A stretch of 64,000 nucleotides of DNA, from positions 8,494,001 to 8,558,000 of the forward strand of contig JAYWIR010000001.1 of the NCBI GenBank assembly GCA_036172245.1, in the 5' to 3' direction. The position numbers were made by a program, and so were the translations under genes. Source of the stretch: Raillietiella orientalis (taxonomy: Eukaryota). The notes under the pieces are model-generated. The model saw only the letters and a program-made list of their open reading frames with translations, ran no database searches and had not been told where the DNA came from. Shown here in pieces: positions 48,261-62,216 of the stretch. Positions within the stretch are counted from its first letter, which is position 1. Each line of letters starts with the position of its first letter.

Positions 48261-51200
48261 ATGGAAGTGAACGACATGACCTCTGCGGCTCCTAAGGTTG
48301 GCCTTCTTTGACTGCGTGAACTTTCAAAGAACCGACTGACGCTAGCAGAAGCAGCAGCACGAACACTGCCACCATGTAATAGAGTTCGATTACACTATCC
48401 CTCCCGAGAAAGTCGAAGATCTAAACCTGACCAATTACCTGGAGAGTCAGGCTGCCGAGAAGGAACAGGCGGAACAGATCGAGAAACTCACAGACCGTGG
48501 GTACGGATGGATAATTGTCACAGCATGTTTTGTTTTGCTTATGGTTTGCGACGGCGTGAGTTTTTCCTTTGCTGTTCCTCTGCCAATTTACACGCAGTAT
48601 TTTAACGCATCAGTCGATCAGATTTCATGGATAGGGAGCTTATTGAACGGTTTCATTGGACTGTCAGGTATGATTAACTTTCCTTTCGTATGGCGACCCG
48701 GGTAATTTGTGTGTTTTAGGACCTGTAGCCGGGATGCTGGCAAATAAATTTGGTTGCCGCTTCGTTTGTATGTTCGGGAGTCTTATGGGAACGATAGGCT
48801 TGGCTTTCAGTCCACTTTGCACGTCAGTAATTCAGATGGTGTTTTGTTATGGCATTCTCACGGGTGAGTGGAAAAGTAATTAATCATTCGTGTTTGGCAT
48901 TTCGGAACCGAGCAGAACCAAACATCTGTCTTTGTAGTCGAATTGGAGCAATATTTTGTGTTTGTTTACGGCTGCAGTTTTCTCGAGATGCCGCTCTCAT
49001 AAATACAGGCAATAAGACGTGAACAGCAGTACTGAGTGAATTAATAATTTACGCCTCCCTGACTAGTAGACGTGTGCGGTTACTGCTGTCAAAGTGACAC
49101 CTTCCCCCCCCGTCATCGCAAGTGAAAATTGAAATTTGAGTTCGGCTATATGCACTGCTAATGGCTTTATGTGAGGTTCTAACTTGTCCTATATGTGAGA
49201 TTTCTACATGCATGGGAAGGTTCCTTCAGTTCGTTCACGCAACGATATTTGTTTGGAATTCATCCAATCTTTCATTGTCTGCAAGAGTCGTCGTCAGCCA
49301 GCAATGAAATCTTCCTCGCCATTCTGCTCTCTCGTTTGCTCTTCTTGCTGTAAAGATATTTCAAGTCCAGAGTTCGAAGAACCTGATTTTCCTCTGCTGT
49401 GCTCCCCGTTCTCTTGATGCTGAGTCTCTCCCACTTTCAGGCAGATCTTTTTTGTGTGCTTGCTCGATGTGAAGACAACGCATGCTGCAAGATGAGCACA
49501 ATCAGCATTGCTTGGTGCTGAAATTGTTCGTTGCTGTCATTACAGATAACGATCCTTCCGGTAGTTGCTCTATAGCAAAGTGCACAGTTTCCTCCCGAGC
49601 CAAAAATTGATGCGTGATTTCCCCATCTTCGCGATTAAAGCTCTGCTTTGATCTCGTCTTTGGTACAGATTCACGGGAAATAAAGGGAAAATTCTGTTTC
49701 GAGAAGTGGACAATTCAGTCCTTTTCTCGTGGTCACATATCGCAGTTGCTTGAACAGCTATTGCCAAAGAAACGACATTCGAAAAGAAGGTGCTTGATCT
49801 ATAGGTCATCTCTAAATAGATAGAGATAAAAAAAGAAAAAAAAATACGTTCTTATCGCAAAAGGCGGGCGAACCAATGAGAACGTTACCTGCTTTTCATT
49901 TACTCTTGGTCGTTTGTAATTTTTTTTTTTTTCCTTTCGGAATAACGCGTGGAACTTTCGCTGCTAACACTTGAGAAGCAGACTATCACGGAAACGAAGC
50001 TACCGAAAACATCGGCTTCAATATGCTTACGGCCTGCAGCACGATGGCAGAGGGGAATCAAGCTGAATGTGTTCGGATCCAGCATGCTGCAGATTCCATG
50101 CTATCTCTTTGGATGTATAGGAGATGCATGTAGGATCTTTACCGAGGTCGGATGTTCACAAAAGAATACTTGGAACCATCGCCTTCCGAAAGGCGTGTTT
50201 TGAGGATAATTGCAAGTGTGCTGTCATTTTTCTTTCGTCAACAGTTCTTGAATTCCTGATTGGGAAAACACGGAAGCGCTCACTGCGAAATGCAGTTTCG
50301 TGTCGAATGTGTTTCCTATGTGTTTCTTCGCTGTGTTTACTAGTCGATAAGGAAGGACTCTGCCCTCTAATCTTGACTGGCTAGGGAAGCACAGTGTCAG
50401 GGAATAAATCAGAGGAATAAAAAATCTTCTCGTGCTTCTTGTTTGCGAATAGAATTTTGGAAGTGGTCATTTGGAAAAGTTATGGTTATTCATTATCACC
50501 TGTCTGTTGCTCTGTTCGCAAAGCAATTCGTTATTTTCTACACAGTACCAATATGCAATATGATTGAAAACTGATCCTGTTTTGCTACTCATGGAGATTG
50601 CAATTGGTCAAGAGTTATGCTTTCAACAGTTTTAGAGACCCTTATGCAAAAAATTTCATTTCTTTCTCGAATGTGTTAATTGCTTCCGGAAATATCCCCC
50701 ATGCAATGGTTTCCTATTTCTGTGTCTAATGAACTTTTTTCAGGAATAGGGTCAGGATTCATGTTTGTTGGGTCTGTTATTATTGTAAATAACTATTTTC
50801 ACAAAAAAAGAGCCCTGGCAACAGGAATAGCCACTTGTGGTAGTGGAATGGGAACTGTTGTATTCGGAGAACTCATGCGTTTCTTCTTGGATGTATGGGG
50901 CTGGAAGGGAGCCAACATCCTATTTGGAGCGATTTATTTCCAGTGTGTGGTAAGCAGAAGTTTTTCCTCATGTTTTAGTGCCTTAAAATTTTGAAAAGTC
51001 CTTTTTTGCAGACATTTTCCGCTCTGTTAAGACCAGTGGAACAATACATCATCACGATAGAGCACCTAGATGAGCACATCCATGACATCGAAGACATCAT
51101 CACCATTGCGGAAGCGGAGTCGATCATCTCCAGGACACCGACTCATACACCTGACTTGGCAGAGACACTCGGGAATGATGTAAGTTCCAAAAGTTATTCT

Positions 51201-54200
51201 CTTCAAAATAATAGGTTCTTGTTCATGGTGATTCACCTTTATTTCCTCAAGTGATCAGTAATAATGATAAAAATTGCACGTGCTTAGTCCTCTTGCTTGA
51301 GGGCGTTTCAAACTTGGTGTCGGAGGTGCATACGTAGATGAATAGTAAGATGAGAAGCTGGGTGTTCAAGAAGCTGGGTGGCTCTGCAGAATACGCGTTT
51401 TTGGATGATCTGTGTTGATGGAAAAGAAACAATAGCGAAGAAAGGTGGGATGCGTGGGAAAGTTTTTGTGCCCCGGAGGCTTTCGATCCTAATCGAGAAA
51501 GAAACCTCAACTGTGTTATGTATATGCTTTGGTTCTTGGAATAGCTTCCGTTCAAAGTTTCCGCATCAACATCGCGCATTCTAGACCGGAAGCGCACTTT
51601 CGATTTGCCTAATTAGATGTCGCTAATTTCAAATCGGAAGTTATATTTTTGGCGCAAAATGCAACGTGCGCCCGTGGCATCAAGGTTTGAGCTCAGTCCG
51701 TTCTTCAGTGGAAGGCGAACCACTCTGTACAACGAGTGGCGCCATCATTATGGTTCACGGTTGTGAATGAAAGTTTTTTTTTTTTATCATGCTTTTAACA
51801 GGAGTTAAGGATTTTGGAGAAGCATCGTGTCTTCAAGGTATCGAGTTCACCGACGCGTGTTTTCGCTTTCATAAATTGGAAACTTCCACACGGTGTTCGT
51901 AGAGAAGGTCGCCCGTAGACAGTCGGTTACACGCACTTCTAATCTGCTGATATTTCTCCTCAAGTGCTAAATGAAAGCTCCCCGCCCGCAGTGACACTCG
52001 TTCCATTTCAGGAAGGAGAGGCGAAGACGAAACTGATTCGTCAGTTCGGAATGCTTTCGCTCTCGTATGGTATTTAGCGCTCTGCTACAACCACCACGAA
52101 ATGTAAACTTGTCCTTCTTCCAACGTGTGTGTGTGTGTGTGTGTGTCCTCTCCCTCCGAAGGCCCATTACAATGACTCTCGCAGGTTCTCTCATTTACAC
52201 TCTATCTTATCCGAATTTGATCGATGTTTCCAAAACGTCGGACCGCTTTTGAATAGGAAATCGTCTTTTAGCTTCCTCCACGGAGGCTTAGCGTTTTGTA
52301 TTCAAGTTTTGCTTGTTGCTGAAGTTGCGCCCCCCTTGAACCCTAGCTCCGGTGTGCGTAGATTCCGTGATTTCCCATGCCAGGCTTCATGTCCATATCA
52401 AGAGTCTTCATGACAAAATGGAACAACGTGTCGCAAGCTCGTCCAGACTTCTCGAACAGAGCTAACATCTCCGATAGAAAGCAACCTCTTAACTGCTTCT
52501 TCTCTTTCTTTTCTTGCGCGTTCAGGGAGTTCTTCCTTGCCAACTACCTTCGGATTCGAAAAATGCATTTTGTGCGCCTCGGAAACGGGGGAGCAGCATT
52601 AGAAGCTCGTGCCACTTGGGGGAAATAAGAAATGATGGGAGCAGACCCTGGAAACTCCGAAAGGATACCTACACTGAGATGTGTAGGGTTCGTTTCTGAC
52701 TCCTGCCTGGGTCGTCACGGTGAGCTTTCTTCCTGCTGCTTGGGGATTTCCCAGCCCCCGGAATTGGCGATTCTCGTCACGAAACCCGACGCTACGAGAC
52801 GTCTTTCCTTTTCCTCCATGTTTATCGTTGGGTAACGTCTGGTCATTCAGCGGAGAGCAAATGGCTCTGGACACCTCAGCTCTGCACGATATCAGATTTT
52901 TGCAACTGCAGGAAATTCAATTTGTCATTGACTCGAGGGATGACGCAGTACAGCGCGGTACTCGAATAAATTTGTTTGCCGCCAACGTCTTCCCCCCCCT
53001 CAAAAAAAAAAAATAGTAGATAAAAATGAGATAAAAAATAGAAAATAAAAAAACATCCTCAAGGCTAAAACTGAAAGGGCAAAATCAGCACACATATCAG
53101 CAGAGAATTCATCAAAAATAGTTTTTATCAATATCATTACCTGTGTTATTGTAAAATATACATGAATAGGAGTAATCAAAATTCTGTATGTGTTATATGA
53201 TGCCGTCTAAACTCATTTAGTTACAAGCAGATTATGCTCTGCATAAATAAGTAATTGCGATTAACTACAAGGTATAATCTGAAATGAGGATCCTCGAATG
53301 CAGGGGTTTGATCATCATATGTTGATGATAATGATCCGTAATGTATTCGTCTTCATGGTGCACGTGCATAAGTTGATGGTGTTTATCATTTGAGTGCGTA
53401 AGTTAATAGGCAAAACCAAGTGCAACTGCGTTTCGACAATTAAAGGAATGGTGATCATCGGGTGAATGAGAGCAAAGGCTCAATGCAGGCCATTTCGTGA
53501 CAAGTGCTGATCAATCCCCAAGCAGCAAAAAATTCCATGTTTTTCCTCTTTTGAAATGAAAACGATGGGTTTGCAGCCAGCAGATGATGAGTAGTTCGCA
53601 TCTGCGGAGCAGCCTGGATCTGAATTGCTGAATCTGAAGCGCAAGCAAGCAAATTTTACAGGCTTAGAAAGTTAGATCGAAGGCCTGTATGAATCCAAAT
53701 CTTGAGCGACGGTTACGATTTGATATAAGAGGAAACCCTGATGCACAGATGTGGAGCAGAAAGATAAAAAAAACCATAAGGCTGATAAAATAATCGAAGG
53801 GTCTGCCGAAAAAGACCTGCAAGTTCAGCGCGCTCAGTTGCACAGCTTCAAATTCCACCCTTTTCCCTGACATCTCAGATCTTCCAGTACTGAGAAACCC
53901 CGGGTCCCCCCATCCATTTCCCCCAAAATCACTGAGGCTGCCGAAGATGCATGCTTCTTGTGTGACGTCTCGATGAGATTTCCGAGTTTGTCATGAGTGA
54001 AACCGCTGTGTTGCACTTTTTGATTTTGAGTGACTAACTTGATGATCGCTCCCTGTTTCAACTGATGAGGGATGGTGAGGAAGGTGTTTACGTGATGAAT
54101 ACCATGAAAGCACGAGAGCGAATGCCGCAGAATCGTTGACGCAAACACGAGTCAGCCGTGCCATTCGTCAACGAAATCCGATGAGCATGAGATATTTGCA

Positions 54201-57200
54201 TAATCAGCAGCATCAAACGCAGATACCTCTAGGAACCGAGATCTGACGCGACAGAGCAAGGAAATCCCTCAACTCGGCGAGGCTAACGTAACGTCGGAAC
54301 GGGCTGAAGGTTTTTTGACGCTCTTCTTGCATCGGAAGTTTCGCCCTACCTTATCTCTTGCATGCATGTATGTACGCGCTCGACGTGCTTTCCCAGCTCC
54401 GTAGGTTCCACTCGCCATCTTCATGCAAACAGCAAACAATTCCGATTCGGTCCTCGAGCCACTCGCGTCTCGCACGAAGCACCCTCGATGAACGTTACAC
54501 GGTTGACGGCTACTCTTGAAAGAAGGAACTGTTCGTTGGAAGAATCCCTGATTCTTTTGCCACCCTGAGCGAAAATGGCGTGCGATTCTCCGACGTACGG
54601 ATGTCCAGCGTGCGAAGGTTTCTCTTCCACCTATCCGAATCAGAAACGTGGGCAGGGTTGTTCGATGGAGGGAGCTCGCCCGCATACCTTGCCCCCGTAT
54701 GAGAGGACACCTGGGAAAATGAGACGTCGTTCAGAAGGGAAACCTGGGAGACTACTGCCATAGGAAAACGAAGTTCTCTCTTTTCCGTTTTATTAAACGG
54801 AGCAAAAATGAAGGGGTCGACTTGGTTCCCCTTATTGAAGCATGGGAAGAAGGAGGAACTTTCTCCGAACGAAACATTCCTGCGTGCAAGAGCAGAGCTC
54901 TCTCTGCTGAGCGCTCCAGCTGGCACAAAAGGTCTTCAGTCATAAAGTAGGGAGACCGGAGTAGGAGGAAGGAAAGCTACTCAAACGCTAAGTGAAGTGA
55001 AACAAACCAAACTCCGGCTGCCATTACAGTCCAAATCGATCTCGTGACCGCTCAAGCAACTTCCTAAGGGAGTGCAAATCCTGTCCTTATCCTGCTTTCC
55101 AGTCTTTGGCAAGCAAAGTTTCAGATAAAATCATGCAAAAGGACAAAACAAACCTAAAATTCGGTTTCCGGGAAGCACTTCCTGCTCCCGACTGTGGAAT
55201 GCCTGTGAAGTCCAACCATATTCGGAAGCTGCCTGCTCTGCCAACTTGCTTCTGGGTATTTCCTTGACAACACCGGTGCAGCCCATTGTCTGCTGGATTC
55301 CGGGATCCTGGCTGCGGCCTGTCGGGGTCTGCATCCGAAAACTATTCAGTTGCAGGATTTGTGGCGCGAGCAGCATTCGACCAGGGAGACTTTTAGTTCG
55401 TCTCCAGTGATATTCGCTCCGCGAAGTTTTGTCTGTTATGTTGGGACGCGCTCGCCGTTCAAGTGCTGGGCGCTCTTGTACCCTCAGCGATTCCTAAGAC
55501 TTCAGTAGATCGAGTTCTGTCCGTTTCTTGTCTCTTACAGTAAGACTGTTTATGACGTATCGTTTCGTGTTTCTCATAATGTCTGGTATCCACGAGCAAG
55601 ATCGAACAACTTTGTTTTCCCTTTTGTAAAGACTGGATCTAAATCGTAGATTGGTTCTCCTAGAGTGAGGACTGGGCGAGCGACAGTTTGACCTCCCCAC
55701 GCATCGTGCTGATGACTGGCAAATAGGCATGACGAAAGTATGAAGAGGGAACCATGTTTTCGGACATCTCTGGTCAAACTTTGCGAAGCTTTTCGATTCT
55801 TATCGGAACCTCATCGTAGAACAGCCCGAATGTGCACCTTAGAATCCGCAATGTGCTTTCGGCCATCGCTTAGCAAGCACTGAGGACCGTCATCTCTTAC
55901 ACGCAAGAACGGTGTCCTAGGAATCGGAAGATTCCATATCCAATGGAAATGCCGGGTTGGGAGGCAGTGACCCCAGGTTTGAGGTGACTCACGAAGTGGT
56001 CATCTGGTGAATTCAGCATTCCAATCTTCTCAGGCATCACTTTTCCTCCTGCAAACAATCCTCGGACTTTCTGCAGGGGAGGAACTTTACTGGAGCAGTA
56101 GGGTTTTTTCTGCCTACGTTCAACTGAACGTCGTATTCGCGGCGTAGGAAAGACGGTAGCATTGTCGGTGTTCCCAAGCCGTAACCTCAACGAATGTGTC
56201 GAGGACCTTCTTTAGTCGTATGTGGGCACAAAGAAGGAAACGCCATGGTGAACCAGCGCAGAGCGCCTTCCACTAAAAAATCCTAGTCCATGATAATTAC
56301 TCCCTATGCGTGCTACAGTCTTAAATTCATGATTACCCGCATCCACGGAAGGAACACCGCATACCTGACGCTGTGAAGCGCTGGCAACAGGGAGCGTTGT
56401 AGTCTCAGCAGTCGGCAACACCTCGGGGGAGTGCATTTTTGTGCTTTCTCCTGAACAGCTGTGTTACTTGAAATGTTAATCAGATACCTCTATTCCTCAA
56501 GCACGGAGCTCATGCAGAGAAGAAGAAAACCGAGGCAGATGAGTTCCACTTCATCATACTGAAAAAAGTGGAGGATGCTCCAGCGGACAAACGCGGAGAG
56601 AGCCATCTAATGAAAGTAGCGGAAGATACGCGTAAAGTAGCAGAATAGTTGGATGGAGTTGGTGACGGAGCGAAAATTGCAGAAGAGAAGCCAAATCTGG
56701 AAGCAGTCCACGATACGGAGACGCTAGTAGTGAAGCATCCTGCGGGAATAACACCATCGGACATGGACATTCATCACATACCCCTGAAAGTTCTCGAGAA
56801 ATTGGTGGACAAGGACAAGCACGTGATAGCAGCTGTTCCTTCAGAAGATCTCCTGATCATGGCTCAGAAGCGAATGGAAAAGCCCCTTTCCGAAAGAGAA
56901 GTGTTCTATCGTGGTAGCTTGCAGTCTGTCCGGAAACGGGAGAGGAAAATGCGCGAGTCGCTACCAGAGGAGATACCACAGATAGAAAAGGGTCTGTACA
57001 CCTCCATAGTTCGTGCTTCACGCGATTCATGCCGGGCATCCCCCTTTCAAGCGCTAATGAGTTTCGTGTTTAAGATGTGGGCAGGAAAGATGTTTCTACA
57101 TTGAGAAGAGTTCTGGGGATTTCACTGTTTGGCGACAAGTTGTTCCTGACGATAATCATCGTGAATTTCTTTTTCCACTTGGGCTATTGGATCCCTCTGA

Positions 57201-58883
57201 CTTTCATGGTGGACGCAGCCATATTGCACGTAAACGTTCTGCTAATGGAGTTTTTATCATGCCGCACCACCCTCGCAGCAGTAGCTTTCTTGTAGCGCGG
57301 AATGTCCCTTTCACTTGATCCCATGTTACGCGCCACCAATCTTTGGAAGCGACCATCGACAACTGCTCTGAATTCTTCGCTCGACCGAAGCACCGTCGCC
57401 AGTGCTTCGGCCTGGCAACTGAGTTCTTTTGCCTTCCAGCCTTTTGATTTCCTTCCTTCTAAATCCATCCTTCTTCCTTCGACTCAGAAACTTCTTACGA
57501 AGTTCCCCAGAACCTCCTGATCGACCTTGCCCCCAGCGACGCTTTCTGTGCGGCATGGTTCAGGTCGAACGAAGTCAAACGTGGGCAATTGCCTTCCCGA
57601 CGTGGCCAACCAAATTCGCCGCCAGTCCAGCTTGCGCATCGCCTTGAAGTTAGCGCGCTGGACTGCAAAGCGTCTTCCAAGCAAATCCGCTGCAGCTCAT
57701 GGACCGTTGGTGTTATCTTGGCGAGATCGGAAAGGAAATATGTTCCCTCGTTCCGCCCCATTATTCGTGAGAATGCATGGAACAGGGTTCCTGGAAATTC
57801 AGTCCCGGAACACGAACCCCCTCTGACGCGGATTCGCAACCTCAGCATTGAAAAAAAAAAAAATCCTCCCGATTCCCAGAGCCGCCCTCCTGTCCCGGGT
57901 GTCGCGCTTCGTCCGTCTGCTTGCTGTCTCAGGAGAGCGTGCTGGCGAACCTCACGCAGCCGACTGTTGCCTTCCTCATTCTTCGTCCGGGCTATTCCGT
58001 TGGAACGCTTCTTCGCACCTGCCGGTCGCTCCCTCCCGGAAGCGCTCTTCGTCGTCCTCCTGCAGCAGGATGTCGTGGATCGCGCGCTCACCGTGCCGCT
58101 CGTCGCGAGTGACTGCTTTTTCAATCTTGCACCAGTCTGTTTCTCCAGGGGATAGACGAAAAGACGGCCATGTTTATGATAACCGTTTATGGCCTCAGCA
58201 ATACTGTTGGTCGAGTGGCAACAGGAGCGATCTGCGATAACCCCAAGCTTGACACTCTCTTCATATATAACATATTTTTAACGTTCATAGGAAGCACGAC
58301 GCTGGCGTACGCATTCGTCTTCTCCGATTTCAACGGAACCATCGTGGTGACAGCGTTTTACGGATTCGTCTCAGGTAGTGTGGCCATACCAACTCCCCTT
58401 CTGCACCACTCTCGCTTCTCTCTCGGCTCCGGAACGAAGCACCTCACTCTGCTTCGTTCTTCCCTGCGCTCTCGGAGGCGCCTGCTTGTATGTGTGTGTA
58501 TGCGTATGTGTTTCTGTGTTTCCATCCATCTCCTTCTCCCTCTCTCTCGCTTCAGCTTCGACCGTCACTTTGCGCCCTGTCCTGCTGGTCGATCTGATCG
58601 GACTGGACAAGCTGACAATCGCCTACGGATGGGACTGCTTCTTCTACGGAATATCCACCATCCTGGCCACTCCTTTCGGAGGTAAATTCAGGGACGCATG
58701 GGGAGCTCCTCAATGTGTCGTCCGTGAATGCACGCAGGCATGATCTTCGAAAAAACAGGCAGCTACGAAAAGACTTACTTCGTCGCCACGGCACTGATAT
58801 TCCTGCCAACCATTCTATCTTTCTGCATCCCGACCATCCAGAGACGTTTAAAAGCCAAGATGCAGAAAAAATGCGGGCGGTAA
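48261..58883 (+). CDS. Monocarboxylate transporter family (SLC16/MCT, MFS) protein, 10 exons, with one in-frame TAG at 56646-56648
   Basis: Exons 48261-48296, 48346 (or 48349)-48667 (DRGYGWIIV, the MCT DGGYGW motif), 48720-48863 (NKFGCR), 50744-50949 (YFHKKRALATGIATCGSG, WGWKG), 51012-51179, 56484-56991 (loop, PLSEREVFYRGSL; donor could instead follow 57012), 57075-57229, 58149-58374, 58556-58681 (LVDLIGLDKL), 58738-58883 (IFEKTGSY; TAA). All introns GT-AG with consistent phases. Confidence 0.92.
52125..52146 (+). repeat. (GT)n microsatellite in MCT intron 5
   Basis: About 11 GT units read directly. Confidence 0.9.
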
Positions 58884-61800
58884 CTCAGCTATCCTTCTCC
58901 AGATGCCTACGTGCCTCTGTAAGCAGACGTGCGCAACAGGCATTTCGTGTCAAATACAAAGCTGAAATTTTCCAGTGCCCCTTTCGGGAGGGCACCTTTC
59001 CAGGCTGCTGCGATCGTGGGCAGGCAGGTCGCTTGTGTCTGGCTGGTTCTCCCTTGCGCAAGTCCTGCACATGTCCGGGAAATGGGGATCGTCGAGCTCG
59101 AGCTGCCACATGGCGCTCTCCATCACGTGCGCTGGCAACACTGCTCGGTTCCGGTGGATCAACGGCCCTGCTGCTTCCCCACCTTCACTTGGGATTCGAA
59201 CTTTAGAAGGATCATATCCGAAACACGCCGTCCTCCTCCAGCGGAGCTCGGCAACCGCTTCACAGCTACCGCTTGGCTTAAAGATCAGCCAGCCAGCATT
59301 TGGGTTTCGCATGATCCTCCCTGCTCCAGCCCATTGGCCCGTTCGAATTTCCGCCTCGGTTCGCCTGTCCATCAGATGCACGCAAGTTCGGCTTGCGCCG
59401 CGTGCATTCCTCACACAACAGGGAGGACGAGGGGGGGGGGGGGAGACGGGAACCGGGAGCGGGAAATGAGCTTCCTGCTCCTCCCCTCCTCATCCCAGCT
59501 TGAATCACTCTGAACAGATTCACATTCGCAGAAGCATTCTTTTTGTGCAAGAGGTCGTAGCGATTCCATGTGTGGGCAGGCTGCTGCTGATCTGGCTAGC
59601 AGCAGATGGCCGAATCTGAAAGCACTCCGAAGCGAATCACTCGATGGTCCCTGAAACTTCTGCTGCAAGGATGAATCGAGGCATCGCCTCAGGCTGTCAT
59701 CTCCCCGTGGATTCCTTGGCATGTGAGCAATCGGCTCGGGTCAGGCGCGGGTTGTCGAGAGGGGCACATCTTGACGGCCTGTCACTTTTCAGAGCCAGAC
59801 CGACGGGCAAATTCGAATGTTCGAATCGAATGTTCCAGAGTTAATACCACCTACCGCAACGATTCACTGCACCCGTGCCGGTCAGTGAGGGAAGGGGAGA
59901 GGGAAAAAGGAAGCGTGCTTCTTGATGTGGATGAGGAAGTGCTGTTGAGCGAGGCGCGCGCAAGGGTGGCCAAGGGACGCAGAGCCACCCCCAAGCGCTC
60001 TCTCGGGTACGGCCCAGAAAAAGAAAAGCTGCAGCAAAAGTGGAGTTTTCCTCCTCCGGTGCGAGCGCCCGGTTGACTGCGTGACTCCAGAAAAGCAACA
60101 CACGCAGGATGCTCCCGCTCGTGAAGCCGTCCTTCTTCCGAGAAATTTATTGATCGGCAAATGCATCCGTTACGAGCTCAGTGCCCGGTGATATTGGGAC
60201 GGCAACTGTCGAAGTATTCGTTTTCGTTCGGAGGGAACACCAAGAACTTCTTCGTGCTGGACCCTTCCTGTAAAGACAGCTTTGCCTCGCAAGATTCCAT
60301 GTCTAACTTAGGAACACTTCCTAAACGTTTCCACATCAAACTTGCACGGGTGCGTAAGTGGTGTTTTCTGGAAGAATGAAGGTGATGTCATTTCCTATGA
60401 GACCACAGGCGAAGAAAGTTATCGGCGCGTGCCCCGCATCCGGTTCAAGCGTGCAAGAAAGCTGAAATGACAAAATGCAGAGGCGCCACTTTAAATTGCA
60501 GCTTCCGCTCCACGCCTATAAGATCGATTGATCCACCGCGCTCCTGCTGGAGATCGAATCCAACCTCCCCGAATACGTGACCTTCTTTAGAATTCTGATG
60601 CGCAGGATGGAGGTTTTCAGCTCATTCATCTTAACGTTTTGCCAGGGAATGGTTTCCTCGTAACAGTGCAACGGGAAGCCGACTTTCGAGAAACTTCTGC
60701 CGTAATCGTCTGAGGATTCAGATATTTTGCCAAAGTACCTTCGGCTTCATCAAGATCGGATGCATCGATGGCTCTGATTCCAGTAAAACACACGTCAAGA
60801 GGGCACGACGAATAGAAATGGCCAACCCACCATATGTTTCAGCGGAACTCGTGAGGGGCGGAGAACGGAGTACGGTACAATGCGCTGGCGAACATGGTAG
60901 GTCGGCTGTTCGATTTTTACAGGAATTCTGAGGGGATCAGGAGAGTCGCACGTTAATCCTTTGGAAGACTGCCTCGTGGAATCGATCTGTTCCGGAAAAA
61001 AATCTTTTCGTGCTCTGCACCTGGAATCTGGCGATTCCTTTTCTGAGCTCGTCGGGCAGAGAAAGAATCTTCTGGAATCTCGCTTCCTCCTAAACGTTCC
61101 TTCGAAAACCCTTCTCGAAAGGGAGCTCGAAATCTCAGGTCCATGTCTCAGAAGATGCATGAGATTTCCAAGAAGGTCTCATGATGTGCCGCTGCTTCCG
61201 TAAAGCAGAATTGAACACCTTTAGGGACTTCAAGACAACAACGGATTTGGAACGAGTGCACCCTCATTACGAAAGACACCTCTTTCTGATCTCTTCCTTA
61301 CTTTCCCACCCTACTCTATGAACGAGATGTCGCGTCCTGTTCGAATCTGTACCGTCTTCTTTTCTGCTCCTAGCCTACTCACAACAAACATCCCTCACAG
61401 TCAGGAGTCACTGCAAGGTGGGTTGAGGTCATCTCACATCGAGCAGTTGTATGCACTCATTACCGTGACAGCTGAACTCCGAGGCTGTTCTTTTGTCTGG
61501 AAAGTCCACCTCCATTTAGCTAATCCAAGCGTCCGCGGGCTTTGAGGTGGCTGCTTTTCCATCCCTATGGGGGTTATCTAATAGCTACCGTTCCACATGC
61601 TTTGGTGACTCATTCAGTCTACAGCAGAGCTATGCACTTTCCAGAAGAAGAAGAAGAAATGCAACACAATTTCCATGCTAGGTTGTTCGTTTGACAGAAG
61701 ACAAAATCCAGAGAAAGAAAAAAGAAATGATTTTAGGAACACGTAATCATTTGCCAAGTAACCGTTTCACTCGTTTAGTTGCATCTGATAACTAGCTCAC

Positions 61801-62216
61801 GATGAGGTATCAAAATAGTTCGCAATAGATCGTAGTTTCCTGCCACCTGCTGCGACGAGATGTGCACGATCTTGAAGTGCAGATTCGGGGCACCTGGAAA
61901 TCCTTCTTCTGTTGCTTCCATTTTGGCAAAAGCAACGTGAGATCATAGCTGAAACGATTGCTGCACCGTTTGTGTTTCCGTTTACGGAAGAGAGAAATCT
62001 AAAAGAGGGAAATCGCACCAACAGCAGACCGTTTGGGGCGAAGAATTCATTCCAGAGGCAAAGATGGTAATGCTAATGTATAAAATGCATCTCCAGATTT
62101 GCACGAGGCTCGCGGAACTTGAGACCCCCAGCACGATACGCTTTCTTTCTTTTTTCTTTTTTGAATGTTTGTGCGTTGACGTTATCACCGTCATTAGGCG
62201 AGAGCTTTAAGGGTTT

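Noticed and set aside
52948-52970. TACAGCGCGGTACTCGAATAA as the end of a Tc1/pogo-type MITE
   Set aside because: I found no matching inverted terminus and no transposase remnant.
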